From Heteronotia binoei (lineage: Eukaryota): a stretch of DNA of 64,000 nucleotides. Of the stretch, positions 36,324 to 48,392 are shown piece by piece. Within the stretch, counting starts at the first letter, position 1. Each line of letters begins with the position of its first letter. The position numbers and the translations under genes are program-made. The notes under the pieces are model-generated. The model did no database searches. It saw nothing but the letters and a program-made list of their open reading frames with translations, and was not told the DNA's origin. The stretch spans positions 34,844,001 to 34,908,000 of the forward strand of contig NC_083239.1 in the NCBI RefSeq assembly GCF_032191835.1. The letters are read 5' to 3'.

Positions 36324-37269
36324 ATAAATAGTAAAGTGTAATGAAACCTATGAGGTAATGTGCAGAAAGGGTTTCCAGCCGACCAGGGAAAGGGAACCCT
36401 GAGGCTGATTTCTGTTTTGTCAGCAGTTCAGTCTGTAGATATCCAAAGATGGAACCTTTCAGAGTGCACTGAGATCTATGATTACCAGCTGGTTGCTGCA
36501 ACGGCTGAGGGAAGAGCTGGCATTTCTATCGCCACCAACAGTGTAGGAAGTGGCATCTTCTGAGTACCAAGCACTATCTTTAGCTCACACATCTTATCTT
36601 CATCTCTTGCCCTAGTACAAGCACAGCCCAATGAAACTAGGAAGTCACATTTATTCACAGAAATCCCACAAACAGCCTATAATGAAAATACACTGACACA
36701 TCCAGAAACCCCCTTGTTCAAATAACTCAGTCTTCCATTACAAGAATCCATTGGCCTATTAAAACATACCTTTGCCTAATAGTACATTGTTATCCCACTT
36801 GTCTTTCAGGTACTTCAATGCAGCAGGCATTGGTATCCCTATCCCCCATTTTATCCTCAAACAGCCCTTGAGACAGGTTAGGCTGAGAGTGGGTGACTAG
36901 GGATGGGCACGAACCAGCTAAGAAACTAAAGGTCATGACAAATTTTGGCTGGTTCGGGGTTCATTAAGTGAAATTCATGGCTGCTCAACCAGCACAGACT
37001 TTCCACAAACTTTTAAGCTGTTCACGGAGGTTTGTGCCAGTTCATGAAAGGATACATTTCCAGACAGATCGTCTCTGTTCATTCTAAATGTTTACCAAAT
37101 TTCAAAGCAACAGGGGAGTCAGTTTCAAGCTAGTCTAGTCAGTTTCAAGAGGGCTCCCCTTCCCTTTTTCAGCATCGCTTTGTGCTCCTTTCACAAGCTT
37201 GCACAGAGCTTGTGAAATCTCCCCCTTGGATTTGTTGTAACTCTGTGCTTTGAGATAAGTCAATTTCAG

Positions 37270-37760
37270 CTGGCAGTGCCACAGTGGTACCAGGTTCTGC
37301 TGAGCATTCTGTACACTGAAGTGGTTGTGCTGGGCTTGAAAAAAAGTTCCCTCCTTTTCACTTTATACTTCAGGGATTCTCTGGTTTGGCATTATTTATC
37401 TTTTGCTTGCATTGACACAGTGGCACTGGGTTCTGCTGGGCATTCTGCACATTGTAACTTGTTGTGCTGGGCTTGCAAAACCCCCCTCCCCTTACTTGGA
37501 TTTCTTGTGATTCTACTTTGAGACTTGACTTTTAAAGCTGGCAATACAACAATGGCATTGGATTCTGCTGGGTACTCTTTCATTGCACTGTAGTGCTAGG
37601 CACTCTGTACATTGCACTGGTTCTACTGGGCTAGCAAAAAATGCCTTCCTTATATTGCAGAGATTCTCTGGCTTGACCTTAGTCCTGTTAGTTTTGTACT
37701 GCCACAGTGGCACTGGTTCTGCTGGGCACATTGCACTGGTTCTGCTGTGCTTGGAAAAGT
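37270..37760. repeat. Degenerate tandem repeat array
   Basis: Recurring cagtggcactgg(g)ttctgctgggca..ttgtgctgggctt motif. Confidence 0.65.
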
Positions 37761-37854
37761 GCAAAGATTAATTGAGACTTTGATTCTGTTCTGCTGGACT
37801 TTTCTTGCCCTTGCTTTTTGGTTGTTGTTGGCAACAATAGAGGATAGGGGCACC

Positions 37855-38320
37855 CAGGGGTTGTTTTGTAGAAAAATAGGTTGTGGAGCTCATTAGCATA
37901 ACTCATTAGCATATGCCACCCCCCACCAGCCAAAAGCATCCTGATGCAAGAAAGGAGAACGTCGGGCAAGTGAGGCCTGCTTGGGCTGGCTAGAAATCCA
38001 GACAACTCAAGCAGGCCTTGCTCACCTGGAGCTCTCCTAGGCTGCCCCCCCTCCACAGTCAAGAGGCCAGCAAGCCACCTGTTGCCCAAAATCACATAAG
38101 AAGTGGAGAAAGAGTGGCACAGGTTTCTCCGGGGGATAATGAGGGCTGCTGAGGCATCTGGTGTCTGGCTGGCTGCCTGCTCTCCTAATGCAGGGATTGT
38201 TATGCAGCTGCACCTACTATTCAATGGACAAGGTAGATAGGTGTGGAGGAGGAGGAGGGGGAACCATTAGAAAGGTTCAGGAGCTGCGCTTCTGTGAGCT
38301 CCTGCTGAATTCAAGGCCTG
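37855..38320 (-). mobile_element. hAT-type MITE (family A, long)
   Basis: TSD ggggcacc/ggagcacc; homologous to 1843-2298 and 42780-43098. Confidence 0.82.
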
Positions 38321-38699
38321 GGAGCACCTTCTTTTGGGGAGGCATAACTTGGACCCTGTAAATCCAATCCACACCAAGCTAAGAAGAAGAAGAAGATTAA
38401 GAAGATGATATTGGATTTATATCCTGCCCTCCACTCCGGAGAGTCTCAGAGCGGCTCACAATCTCCTTTACCTTCCTCTCCCACAACAGACACCCTGTGA
38501 GGTGGGTGGGGCTGGAGAGGGCTCTCACAGCAGCTGCCCTTTCATGGACAACTCCTGCGAGAGCCATGGCTGACCCAAGGCCATGCCAGCAGCTGCAAGT
38601 GGAGGAGTGGGGAATCAAACCCGGTTCTCCCAGATAAGAGTCCACACACTTAACCACTACACCAAACTGGCTCTCCAGATAGAACACAGATAGAGGAGC

Positions 38700-39546
38700 A
38701 TCAGCTGAAGAGGCCCAAAGAGTTTGGTATCTTTAGCCTGCACAGAATCCATTCTATACACTCCTGGACCTCCTGATCCTGTATCTGCATAATGTATGAC
38801 TCTCAAAATGTGGGTGAGATTACAGGGGCCAAAGAAAATCGCAACAGATACATCAGCATACTGAACCCTCAGTGAAAACTTCCAAGGAGCCAAGTCACCA
38901 CAAGCAGGCCCTTGCAGTGTTGCTCGCACTGACCTTGGACCTCGGACAGGGAGTCCAGGATGCAGATCACACTGACATAGCAGGAAAGGATGAGGATGAA
39001 AGGGATGCAAAAGAGGACGATGCAGGTTTCAAACCAGAAGGGGCAGATGATCTTCTGCTGTTCATAAAAATCCTTAAAACACACCGCGTTACTGGGGGGG
39101 GGGGGAGCTGAAATGTTTCATTTTTATTAGTGCTCATGGATCTGACTATACAGACACTGCTGCAGTGGGGACCAACAAGCAAAACAGATGAAGATGCCGG
39201 CCACTACTGTGTAGGCCAGCTCTCATTGCAACTTGCACTTAATGGGAAATGCAGCCTCCAGGAAATGGTCCATACTGATTGCTGTGAGAAGAATGCTGAT
39301 GTAGATGCTACAGTGGAAGATGCAGCTACTGGTGGTGCAGAGAATGTTGGGGAAAGGCCACTCCCCCCTGTGGCAGCCTCCACCATTTCAAGTGGAAGAT
39401 AAACAAGAAGCACAATGCTAAGTTGAGCCAGGGTGTGTCTACAGGGTCTGGGTTTTTGCACACATTCACCAGGAATGTGTACGGGGACTGGAGATTGGTA
39501 GGAAAGTGATGATGTTGATAGGAAGAACAACTGTATGGCTGGTCAT
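38700..39546 (-). pseudogene. FFAR2-like pseudogene with multiple frameshifts, subfamily B
   Basis: ATG at 39546 in the conserved cag|aagctgagaggATG context; fragments in different frames: MTSHTVV..ITFL, PTNLQSPYTFLVNVCKNPDPVD, LPLEMVEAA, CFKDFYEQQKIICPFWFETCIVLFCIPF, FFGPCNLTHI. Left end approximate. Confidence 0.88.
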
Positions 39547-39853
39547 CCTCTCAGCTTCTGTAAAGGAAGGGAAGCACCATTAGATAAGTAAGGGAACGTG
39601 TTTCCTAACTTTCAAAGGGAAACCCAAGGGAAACAAACACTTCCCAGCTTTTCCCATTCAACATTTTTTGTTTTTTTTTTCCTGAAATGTTCTGATTTCA
39701 GTGAAAAAGGTTTATCAGTCAAAAAATCTTATTTTCTGAAAAAAACCTGAACTATTGAAACTGGGGGAAGATTTCCATCTTTCCCAGAACTTCAGCACAT
39801 TGGAAAGGATTCTGGTGAAGTCCTATGTCACTTCCTTGTTCCTGTGGGACACT

Positions 39854-40057
39854 CAGGGCTATTTTTTGTAGAAAAAAAACCAAGCAGGAGCTCATTTGCA
39901 TATTAGGCCACACCCCCTGACATCACCATTGTTTCACACAGGGCTCTTTTGCAGAAAAAGCCCAGCAGGAACTCATTTACACATTAGGCCACATCACCTG
40001 ATGCCCAGCCAGCCAGAACTGCGTTCCTGTGTGTTCCTGCTCAAAAAAAAATCCTTG
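39854..40057. mobile_element. hAT-type MITE (family D variant)
   Basis: Perfect TSD GGGACACT. Confidence 0.85.
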
Positions 40058-40092
40058 GGGACACTAGTTCCATTTTCTCACTCTTCACATTG

Positions 40093-42502
40093 TATGGGCG
40101 GCGAGCCTATTTTGGCTCGCCCCCGGGGCTTGATGGACCCGGAACGGTTCCAAACAGCCCTGAGGGATCCCTGGCCCACTGGCAATTCCCTCGATGACCT
40201 GGTGGAAGTCTGGCAGAGCCAGCTATCCAGGGCTATCGATGGCCAGCTATCCAGGGCTATCCAGGGCTATCGATGAAATTGCACCTCGGCGCCCTCTGCG
40301 CCCTCGCAAGAGGCTGGCACCATGGTATACCTTGGAGTTACGCCAGCTGAAGCAAGGGCTCAGACGACTAGAGAGACGGTGGAGGCATACTCGGGACGAA
40401 GCGACGAGAACATCCTATAGAACGCTTATGAGGTCTTATGAGATGGCAGTCAAGGCTGCAAAGAAAGAATACTTTGCAGCCAAGATTGCATCTGCAAAAT
40501 CGCGCCCAGCACAATTGTTTAGAGTAATTGGAGATCTTATAACATTGCCACAAGGCAAACCAAATATTAGGGAATTAGAAATAGGCTGTGAGGCATTTGC
40601 AAAATATTTTGCAGATAAAATCTCATCGCTCCGCCAAGACCTGCCTATCACATTAGACACAGTAAGTGAAACTGAGGCTCCGCGCCTGTCTTCAGATTTA
40701 GTACTGGACCACTTCGACCCACTCAGCCTGGAGGAAGTTGATGGAATTCTCTCTGCTGCTCGCCCAACAACATGTGATTTGGACCCTTGCCCCTCTTGGC
40801 TGATTAAATCCTGCCAGAGGGAGCTTAGATGTCCCCTACGGGACATCATAAATAGATCCCTCCTAGAGGGGCATTTTCCAATGCCTCTGAAAGAGGCCTT
40901 GGTCCGCCCCCTCTTGAAAAAACCTACAGCAGACCCGGTCGAATTGGCAAACTACCGACCGGTGTCCAATTTACCATTTTTAGGTAAAATTATCGAGAGG
41001 GCAGTGGCGTTGCAGCTACAGAGATTTCTAGATGACGCTTCTGTCTTAGACCCGTGCCAGTCTGGCTTCCGGCCGGGCCACGGGACGGAGACGGTCCTGG
41101 TCGCCTTGGTGGATGACCTCCAGGGGCAACTGGATCGAGGCGGTGCAGCAATACTGATGTTATTAGATCTGTCGGCTGCATTTGATACAGTTGACCATCG
41201 GTTGCTGATCCACCGCCTCGCCGACATAGGGGTTGAGGGGCTGGCCTTACAATGGCTCTCCTCCTTCCTCATGGGTCGGGGACAGAGGGTGGCGATTGGG
41301 GGTGAGCGATCCCAGAGGCGCACACTAGACTGTGGGGTGCCCCAGGGAGCAGTTCTCTCCCCGATGTTATTCAACATCTATATGCGCCCCCTCGCCCAGA
41401 TTGCCCGGAGATTTGGGCTGGGTTGCCATCAATATGCAGATGACACCCAGCTCTATCTACTAATGGACGGCCGGCCCGCCTCCGCCCCGGGGAACCTGGA
41501 CCGGGCTTTGCAGGCAGTTGCAACGTGGCTTAGACTGAGTGGGCTGAAGTTAAATCCAGCGAAGACAGAGGTTCTCCATGTGGGTCGTGGCACTCTGGGG
41601 AAGGAAATATCTCTCCCGGCCTTTGACGAGGCGCCGCTGAAGACGGCGCAGCCGGTGAAGAGCCTGGGCGTCTTACTAGAGCCTTCATTATCAATGGAGG
41701 CCCAGATAACAGCCACTGCCAAATCAGCATTCTTCCACCTGAGGCGGGTGAGGCAGCTGGCCCCTTTCCTAGAGCGTCGGGACCTAGCAATGGTGATCCA
41801 CGCGACGGTCACCTCAAGATTGCACTACTGTAACGCTCTCTACATGGGGCTGCCTCTGTACCGGACCCGGGAGCTGCAGCTAGTTCAGAACGCGGCGGCC
41901 AGGCTGTTACTTGGTCTCCCAAGATGGGAACATATACGGCCGGGGCTGCGCGGACTGCACTGGCTGCCAATCGTATACCGGATCCAGTACAAAGTGCTGG
42001 TCATAACCTTTAAAGCCCTATATGGCCAAGGACCGACCTACCTGAGGGACCATCTCTCCCCATATGAGCCCCAGAGAGCACTGAGGTCAGTGGGGAAAAG
42101 CAGACTGAATATCCCTGGGCCAAAAGAAGTTAAACTTCAAAGCACCCGCACTCGGGCCTTTTCCGTTGCGGCCCCACAACTCTGGAACCAACTCCCAGAG
42201 GAGGTGCGGGCTCTGCGGAACTTAGACCAGTTCCGCAGGGCCTGCAAGACCGCCCTCTTCAAACAGGCGTTCACCAATAACTAAATTTAATGTTTACCGC
42301 CAGATTAATAACGTTTACCGCCAGTGTTAATTTAGGAATGTTTTAATTAATTATTGACTATTGACTGGTTTTTAATGTGAATTTTAATGTGAATTTAATG
42401 TTTTTATTATTGTATTGTTTACTTGAAATGCTGTTAGCCGCCCTGAGCCTGGTTCGGCGGGGGAGGGCGGGATATAAATAAAATTTTACATTACATTACA
42501 TT
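40093..42502 (+). mobile_element. L2 LINE, 5'-truncated (~2.4 kb), with an open 696-aa RT-containing ORF (40194-42284)
   Basis: NYRPVSNL, QSGFRPGHGTET, LLDLSAAFDTV, GVPQGAVLSP, YADD, HWLP..YK motifs; (TTACA)n tail; ACATTG on both sides (40087-40092 / 42503-42508). Confidence 0.95.
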
Positions 42503-43189
42503 ACATTGACCCATATGAACAGAAAATGCAATCTGGGACACATCTCAGTCACAATCATCTGTGGAAAGATAGCTCATGAGGTGCAATTTGTTTTCCAGAC
42601 AGGAAACTTCTTCAGAAGCTGCAACAGGATTCCCAGGAACAAAGGGAATAGATATATACATTACCTAGTAATACCTAGTGCTAATATAATTTGAGATGTG
42701 TAGCCATATTAGTCTGTAGCACAGAATAAAGCTGGAATCCAGCAAGACTGTGGACCAGTTACAATTTTGTCAGAACTCTCTTAGAAATCCAGCCAGCCCA
42801 AGCAGGCCTCACTTGCCTGGGGGTCTCCTGGGTCACCTCCCCTCCCACAGTCAAAAAGCCACCAAGCCACCTGCCACCCAAAATCACATAAGAAGTGGAG
42901 AAAGGGTGGCATGGGCTTCACCAGGGGCTGCTGGGAGTGTGGCGAAGCCCCTGGTGGCTGGCTGCACTCCTAATTCAGGGATTGTTATGCAGCTGCACCT
43001 GCTATTCAAAGGACAAGGTCGGTGGGGAGAAAGAGGGGGAGCCGTCAGAAAGGTCCAGGAGCTGTGCTCCTGTGAGCTCCTGCTGAATCTGAGGCCTGAG
43101 GACAACCAAGATTTTGGTCCAATATATGCAGGAGCTTGTGCCTCTGGCTGCCTCAAGGTTGATAGAACCCCAGAGGGTTCTTTTTCCTG

Positions 43190-44110
43190 CTGAGAGCCAA
43201 ACATGGAACGGAGTTGATGTGCATAGACACGTGCATAGCTCTCTGAAGCCAGGCAAGAACTCTTCTGTTTGTCATTTTAAGCGATTACATTCCAATTCCT
43301 TTTTGTGTCTGTTCCAGTCCTTTGTTCCAGTTCCCTTTTCTGAGAGTCCCACTCTTGAAAACTTTACCCAGTTTTCTGCTATATTTTTTTTTTTGCAAGG
43401 GCACAGACTTCAGCTCCTCATTCCTTGAGCATGAGGCATATGTTCCTCTTTGAAACGCTCATCGAAAGATAGATGCATAGCAAATGTTACTTGCTCGCAT
43501 TCTTCCACTGCTCCAGCAGAGGGCACCTTCCTCCCCTTGAGAATAGAAGGTTCTGACAGCTATCTAGCGCTCCATTCCAGAGAGGTCAGAAAGTAAGCAC
43601 TTCTCCACAGCTGTGGTTTTAACAAGGGCCGTTTCTCTGTTCTTTCAACACGGGGAGCTTCAGTTCCCAGCAGAGCATTACATAGGACAGTCTGCCTAGT
43701 TTGCAGAGTGCAAACAGGAAGGAGGCAGCTTCTCAGCTCTACCTGCCATTAAGACTCCGAGTAGCAACCACCAAAGGTGGCTAAGTGCTGACCCAACAAG
43801 GACCAACTGATCCCCACCAAGCCATTTCCTTGCAATGTGCTCACAGCAGGTCAAGCTAGGAGCTTGTAAACATCCTCCCATCCTTTGCCTAATCGAAGTG
43901 GGCTAAAAAATACAGCTATTCCCTGGGCAGCTTGACAAACAATGAGAAGAGACTGGAGAAGGCAGAGGAAATGGAACACAACCAGGGGCCAGGACAAGAG
44001 GTGACAATGGCCTTAAGTGCCAGAGTGGCTGGCATCAGCTATCACAGGGCTCAAGCCAAGGTGAATGCAAAACACACACAACAATTGTTCATGGTCAGCA
44101 ACCAAATTAG
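43190..44110. repeat. Unannotated block duplicated at 58290-59430 (segmental duplication)
   Basis: Colinear matches, e.g. gagagccaaacatggaac, gggccgtttctctg, tgccattaagactc, ttgtaaacatcctcc, cagctattccc. Confidence 0.85.
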
Positions 44111-44152
44111 CAAATCCACAGCTTGAGTCCTGTGATTTGTTTTTGCCATAGC

Positions 44153-44515
44153 CAGAGCTGGATTAACCATCAGGCCAAGCAGGCACTGGCCTATGGGCTC
44201 CACACCTTTAGTGGCTCCGGGCCAACTTTTCCCACAGTTTCCCCCCTGCTCGCAGCCCTCCCAGCCTAAACGCACAGCCAGCAACTGAGCTGCTCTTTGC
44301 CCAGCTTGCCTGGTGAGGCTGCTGCTGGTGTTATTGCCAAGTTTGCCTCTTTCCGCCTCTCCCCTGCAGCTTAGTGAAAGGGGCTTTTGAGAAGGGGCCT
44401 GCAGGCTGCAGTGGGGGCCATGGGCAGTGGGGCGGGGGCTCAGACGGTGAGATAATGTGCGAGCCCCCAAGATTTTGACTGCCCAGGGGCCTCCACAGGG
44501 TTTAATCCGGCACTG
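44153..44515. mobile_element. hAT-type MITE
   Basis: Perfect TSD GCCATAGC. Confidence 0.85.
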
Positions 44516-46660
44516 GCCATAGCAGATTTAGGCAAATACCCCTTTCAAAAAAGGCTCTGCCCATGTGAATTGGGAACTCTTGACTCCCTGTCCCATATTA
44601 TTTTGAAGTGCCCTTTACTTGCTTCCCAGCACAGTCTATTTCTATCTAAATATCTTCCAAATAATAACCTCACTGATGAGAAAATGCTTTTAGAGGGTGG
44701 TGTAAATCTTGAAACCACCAAAGTTTTCAGCAGAAGCTTATAAAATCAAAATTGAAACACACCAGTAGATCTTAACAAACTAAAAGACGCTTGTTTTCTT
44801 TTGGTATTTTATATTTGACATGCTATCACTGTTTATCTTAGAATATCCTGTTTTATATTCTTATTTATGATATTTATCAGATTTACGCATATATGTGCTG
44901 ATAACTACATGTAATTATTCATGTTTTTATACCAATAAAAGTGTATTATGTATGTTTTTGCCACAGGATGAGGCTATGTGCTTGTAACGATGGAGAAGTT
45001 GACTTCTGGGTGTGCAGAACACAGCTCGATCCCAAGACACAACAGACTCTTTTTACTGAATGTGCCACCCAGTCCTGTTACGAAGGGAAGATTAAGAAGA
45101 TCAGACCACCTTTGTGATTGTTCTCAGGGGAAAATTGGTACTTTAGTATGCACTTTGTTGGAGTGTACTCTTGATTTTAGCCTTAGAAATAGGTTTTTAA
45201 CACAGCACCTAGAGAATTTTTCATCTTTGCCTCATCAAGCTAGTTTTGCTCCCCTTATCTGACAAATTTCCAAACCTTTCCCTTGCTGGTGCAAGATTTT
45301 TTTATTGGTTTAGTGTTGTGTCCAGATGATGCTACTTAACAGATGGGTTTTTGACTACTCAAGACTTGTATTCAAAGAACTTGAATCAGATTAAAAGAAA
45401 GGAAGTGACTCTTTGGGTTCCCAGTTGGATGTACTGCTGCACTTCTGCAAACTCTATCAGCAACTTGCAGTCCCTGGGCTAAAGACATGCTCAGGAGAGG
45501 GTTGCCTGCCTCCCAAGTTGCAAATCCCAGAAGGAAATGTTGGGTGTGAATGAGGAAAACCTGGGCATGAGGCTATGGATGAGGGGACCTTGACCAATTC
45601 CCACTGCTTGGCCATGCATGACCTTGAAATCAAATTAGTAACTCTAGGATTCAAAAATGAGCTCGATGGTTGTAACTCTTGTTAGATTGCACTGTGAGAC
45701 TCAAAATCCAGTGCCACGCTGGCTGGGCCACTTATCTTCAAAATGGCTCACCTAGATATGGATTTTCTTCCTTTGATCTGGAAATCTTTTGGGGTTTCAC
45801 AAACAATTTCCTCCTCCTTAACTTGGCTCGAGGGGGTAAAATAAAACATGTAAACAGACAACAGAAGCAGGCTGGGACCCCAAATCCAGAGTGATGGCAG
45901 ACTTCACGTTTCTAGGACTCTATAGACCATCCCTTGTGCCTGAACAACTCTAGCCTCATCACAACAACAAAGTGGTTGTTTTTTTTTAAAGAACAATGAT
46001 GAATTCTCTGGTTGCTCCAGGAACAAGAATTGTTTTAGGTCGGGGGGTTGTGAGTTTTTCATTTCATCTGTTTTCATCGCAGGAATTGTCACTTCATGTT
46101 TTCAGTTACACCATTTATACACCTTTGACTCTCACGACAATGAAGACTGACAAGCAGGATGTTTAATGGAACTGAAATTTGGCTTGAAATATAAATGGCA
46201 CAAAAGGGAAGCATCCCATGTCCACTTCACACTTGGAGAAGGCAAAATCAACGTGGAGCATGTTACCGTGAACCACCAAAGATCAAAAAGCCGATAAGAT
46301 CAAAATTTGCGATATGAATTCTCATTCTCCTGTTCTTAAAATTTGCACTGTTATGACTGCATTCCAGAAAGAGTTTCCATCTGGAATCTGCAGTTCAGAG
46401 CATAAACGGGTGTATTAGAGTTCCGTTTCAGCTGTTATGGAGAAACACTCTGTGGTAGAGCGTCTGCTTTGCATTGAAAACCTCCCATGTTCAGTCTAAG
46501 ACAAATCCAATTAAAAGTACACAGGAGGCAATAGGAAAGTCTCTGGAGACCCACTGTTAGTCAGAACAGAAAAAAAAGATCTTGATAGTCTAGTAATTTC
46601 TAAAGTGGCTTCATGTTTCCAGTTTAAGAAAGAAATAGCTGTAATAGTAAAGCTTGATCC

Positions 46661-47175
46661 TAGGGCTGCCAACTTCCAGGTGGGGGCGAGAGATTCCCCG
46701 GTTTGAAGGCCCTCCCTCTGCTTCAGGGTCATCAGAAAGTGGGGGGAGGGAGGGAAGTGTCTGCTGGGCACTCCATTATTCCCTATGGAGTCTGTTTCCC
46801 ATAGGGTATAATGGAGAATTGATCTGCAGGTATCTGGAGCTCTGGGGGACTAGTTTTTGAGGTAGATGCACCAAATTTTCAGCATAGCATCCAGTGCCTC
46901 TTCCCAAAATATCCTCCAGTTTCAAAAAGATTGGACCAATTCTATGAGCCCCCAAAGAAGGTGCTCCTATCCATTATTTTCAATGGAAGGAAGGCATTTA
47001 AAAGATGTGGGTCCCCTTTAAATGTGATGGGCAGAACTTCCTTTGGAGTTCAATTATGCTTGTCACAGCATTGCCCCTGGCTCCACCTCTAATGTTTCCT
47101 GGCTCCACCCCCAAAGCCTCCTGGTTCCACCCCCAAAGTTCCCAGATATTTCTTGAAGTGGACTTGGCAAACCTC
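46661..47175 (-). mobile_element. hAT-type MITE (family B)
   Basis: TSD cttgatcc/cttgatct. Confidence 0.82.
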
Positions 47176-48392
47176 CTTGATCTTCTAGCACAAGCCATAC
47201 CTGCAGCTCCCAACTTTCAGATCAGCCCTGTTAGAGCTCCCTCATTTCCTGTCAGTGAGCACAGCCTCCCACACACTCCTGGCTCCCACCACCACTTTAT
47301 GGACAGCTGAAGCAAAAATGGGAACTGAGGGAACTGGCACTCCGTAATGTCATAGTGTCACTTTCAACTGTGTACCAAGAAGAGACGTCACAGAATTATA
47401 TGATGCTCTAGGAGTGTCTCAAATCTTGACGAGTTTTACTATGGGGGTTTGGGAGAGTGCTTGAACCTTATGCCAGGTGTGCAACTGGATGTGACTTCAT
47501 GGCAGCACACAATGCTGTTTTCTACTGCCTTGGCCTCAAACGTTGCTGCGATTTTTCTAGCCCCTGAATGTATTTCTGATAATATTTAGGTTTCACGTAT
47601 AGTTTTTAATTATTGGCCCTACATTGGCTTGCGGTTAACCTTTTTGGTTTCTTGATTCAAGTCTTAAAGGTGCTACTGGACTCTTGCTTTTTTCTACTGC
47701 TACAGACAGACTGACACAGCTGCCCATCTTGATCTATTGCCTTCTTTGTACCAGCTGGCAACCTGACTGCAACCAGGGGTGAAATGTGCAGGGATGAAAA
47801 AATCACACCATGCCTTTCTATGAAACAAAAGCAAAACCTTTCCCCTTCTTTGCAAACCCTACTTCTGGAGCTTGACTGTCAGTAAGATGCATCATCTAGC
47901 GAACGTCAGATAAACGGGAAAGTATGTGAAATCAGAGAACTTCTCTCTAAAACCTTCCTGTCATACCTTCCCCCTTTAAACCCTGCCCTTATTTTGAGGA
48001 ATTCAAGGTGGCATACATGGCAGAGTGGGAATTTGAACTGTGGTTTCCCAGAAACTAAGCCAGCACTATAATTACTGTGCAACACTGGCTGTGGTTAATG
48101 CGACTTCAGTCAGAGACATTTAACTGAAATGGGTTTGGGTCTCGCCTGTACAACCTTCATTATAGCATGCGTCATCTACAAGCAGAATGAAACCATGCAA
48201 TTAAGCAACCTCATACCTGATATCTGTAAAAAAATCAAGATATGCACACAATATACAAATGTCAATCCAAAACAAACAAACGAACAAAAACCAAACAGAC
48301 AATTTACAACATACAATGGTGAATATACAATTCCAAAGCAGGAGTGAAGAAATTTAGACACTGGCATCTTTTTGCAAAAGTCTGTTTCGAGT

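Noticed and set aside
43700-44110. FFAR1 or V2R pseudogene call for the duplicated block
   Set aside because: Only scattered short motif matches with inconsistent spacing; kept as an unidentified block.
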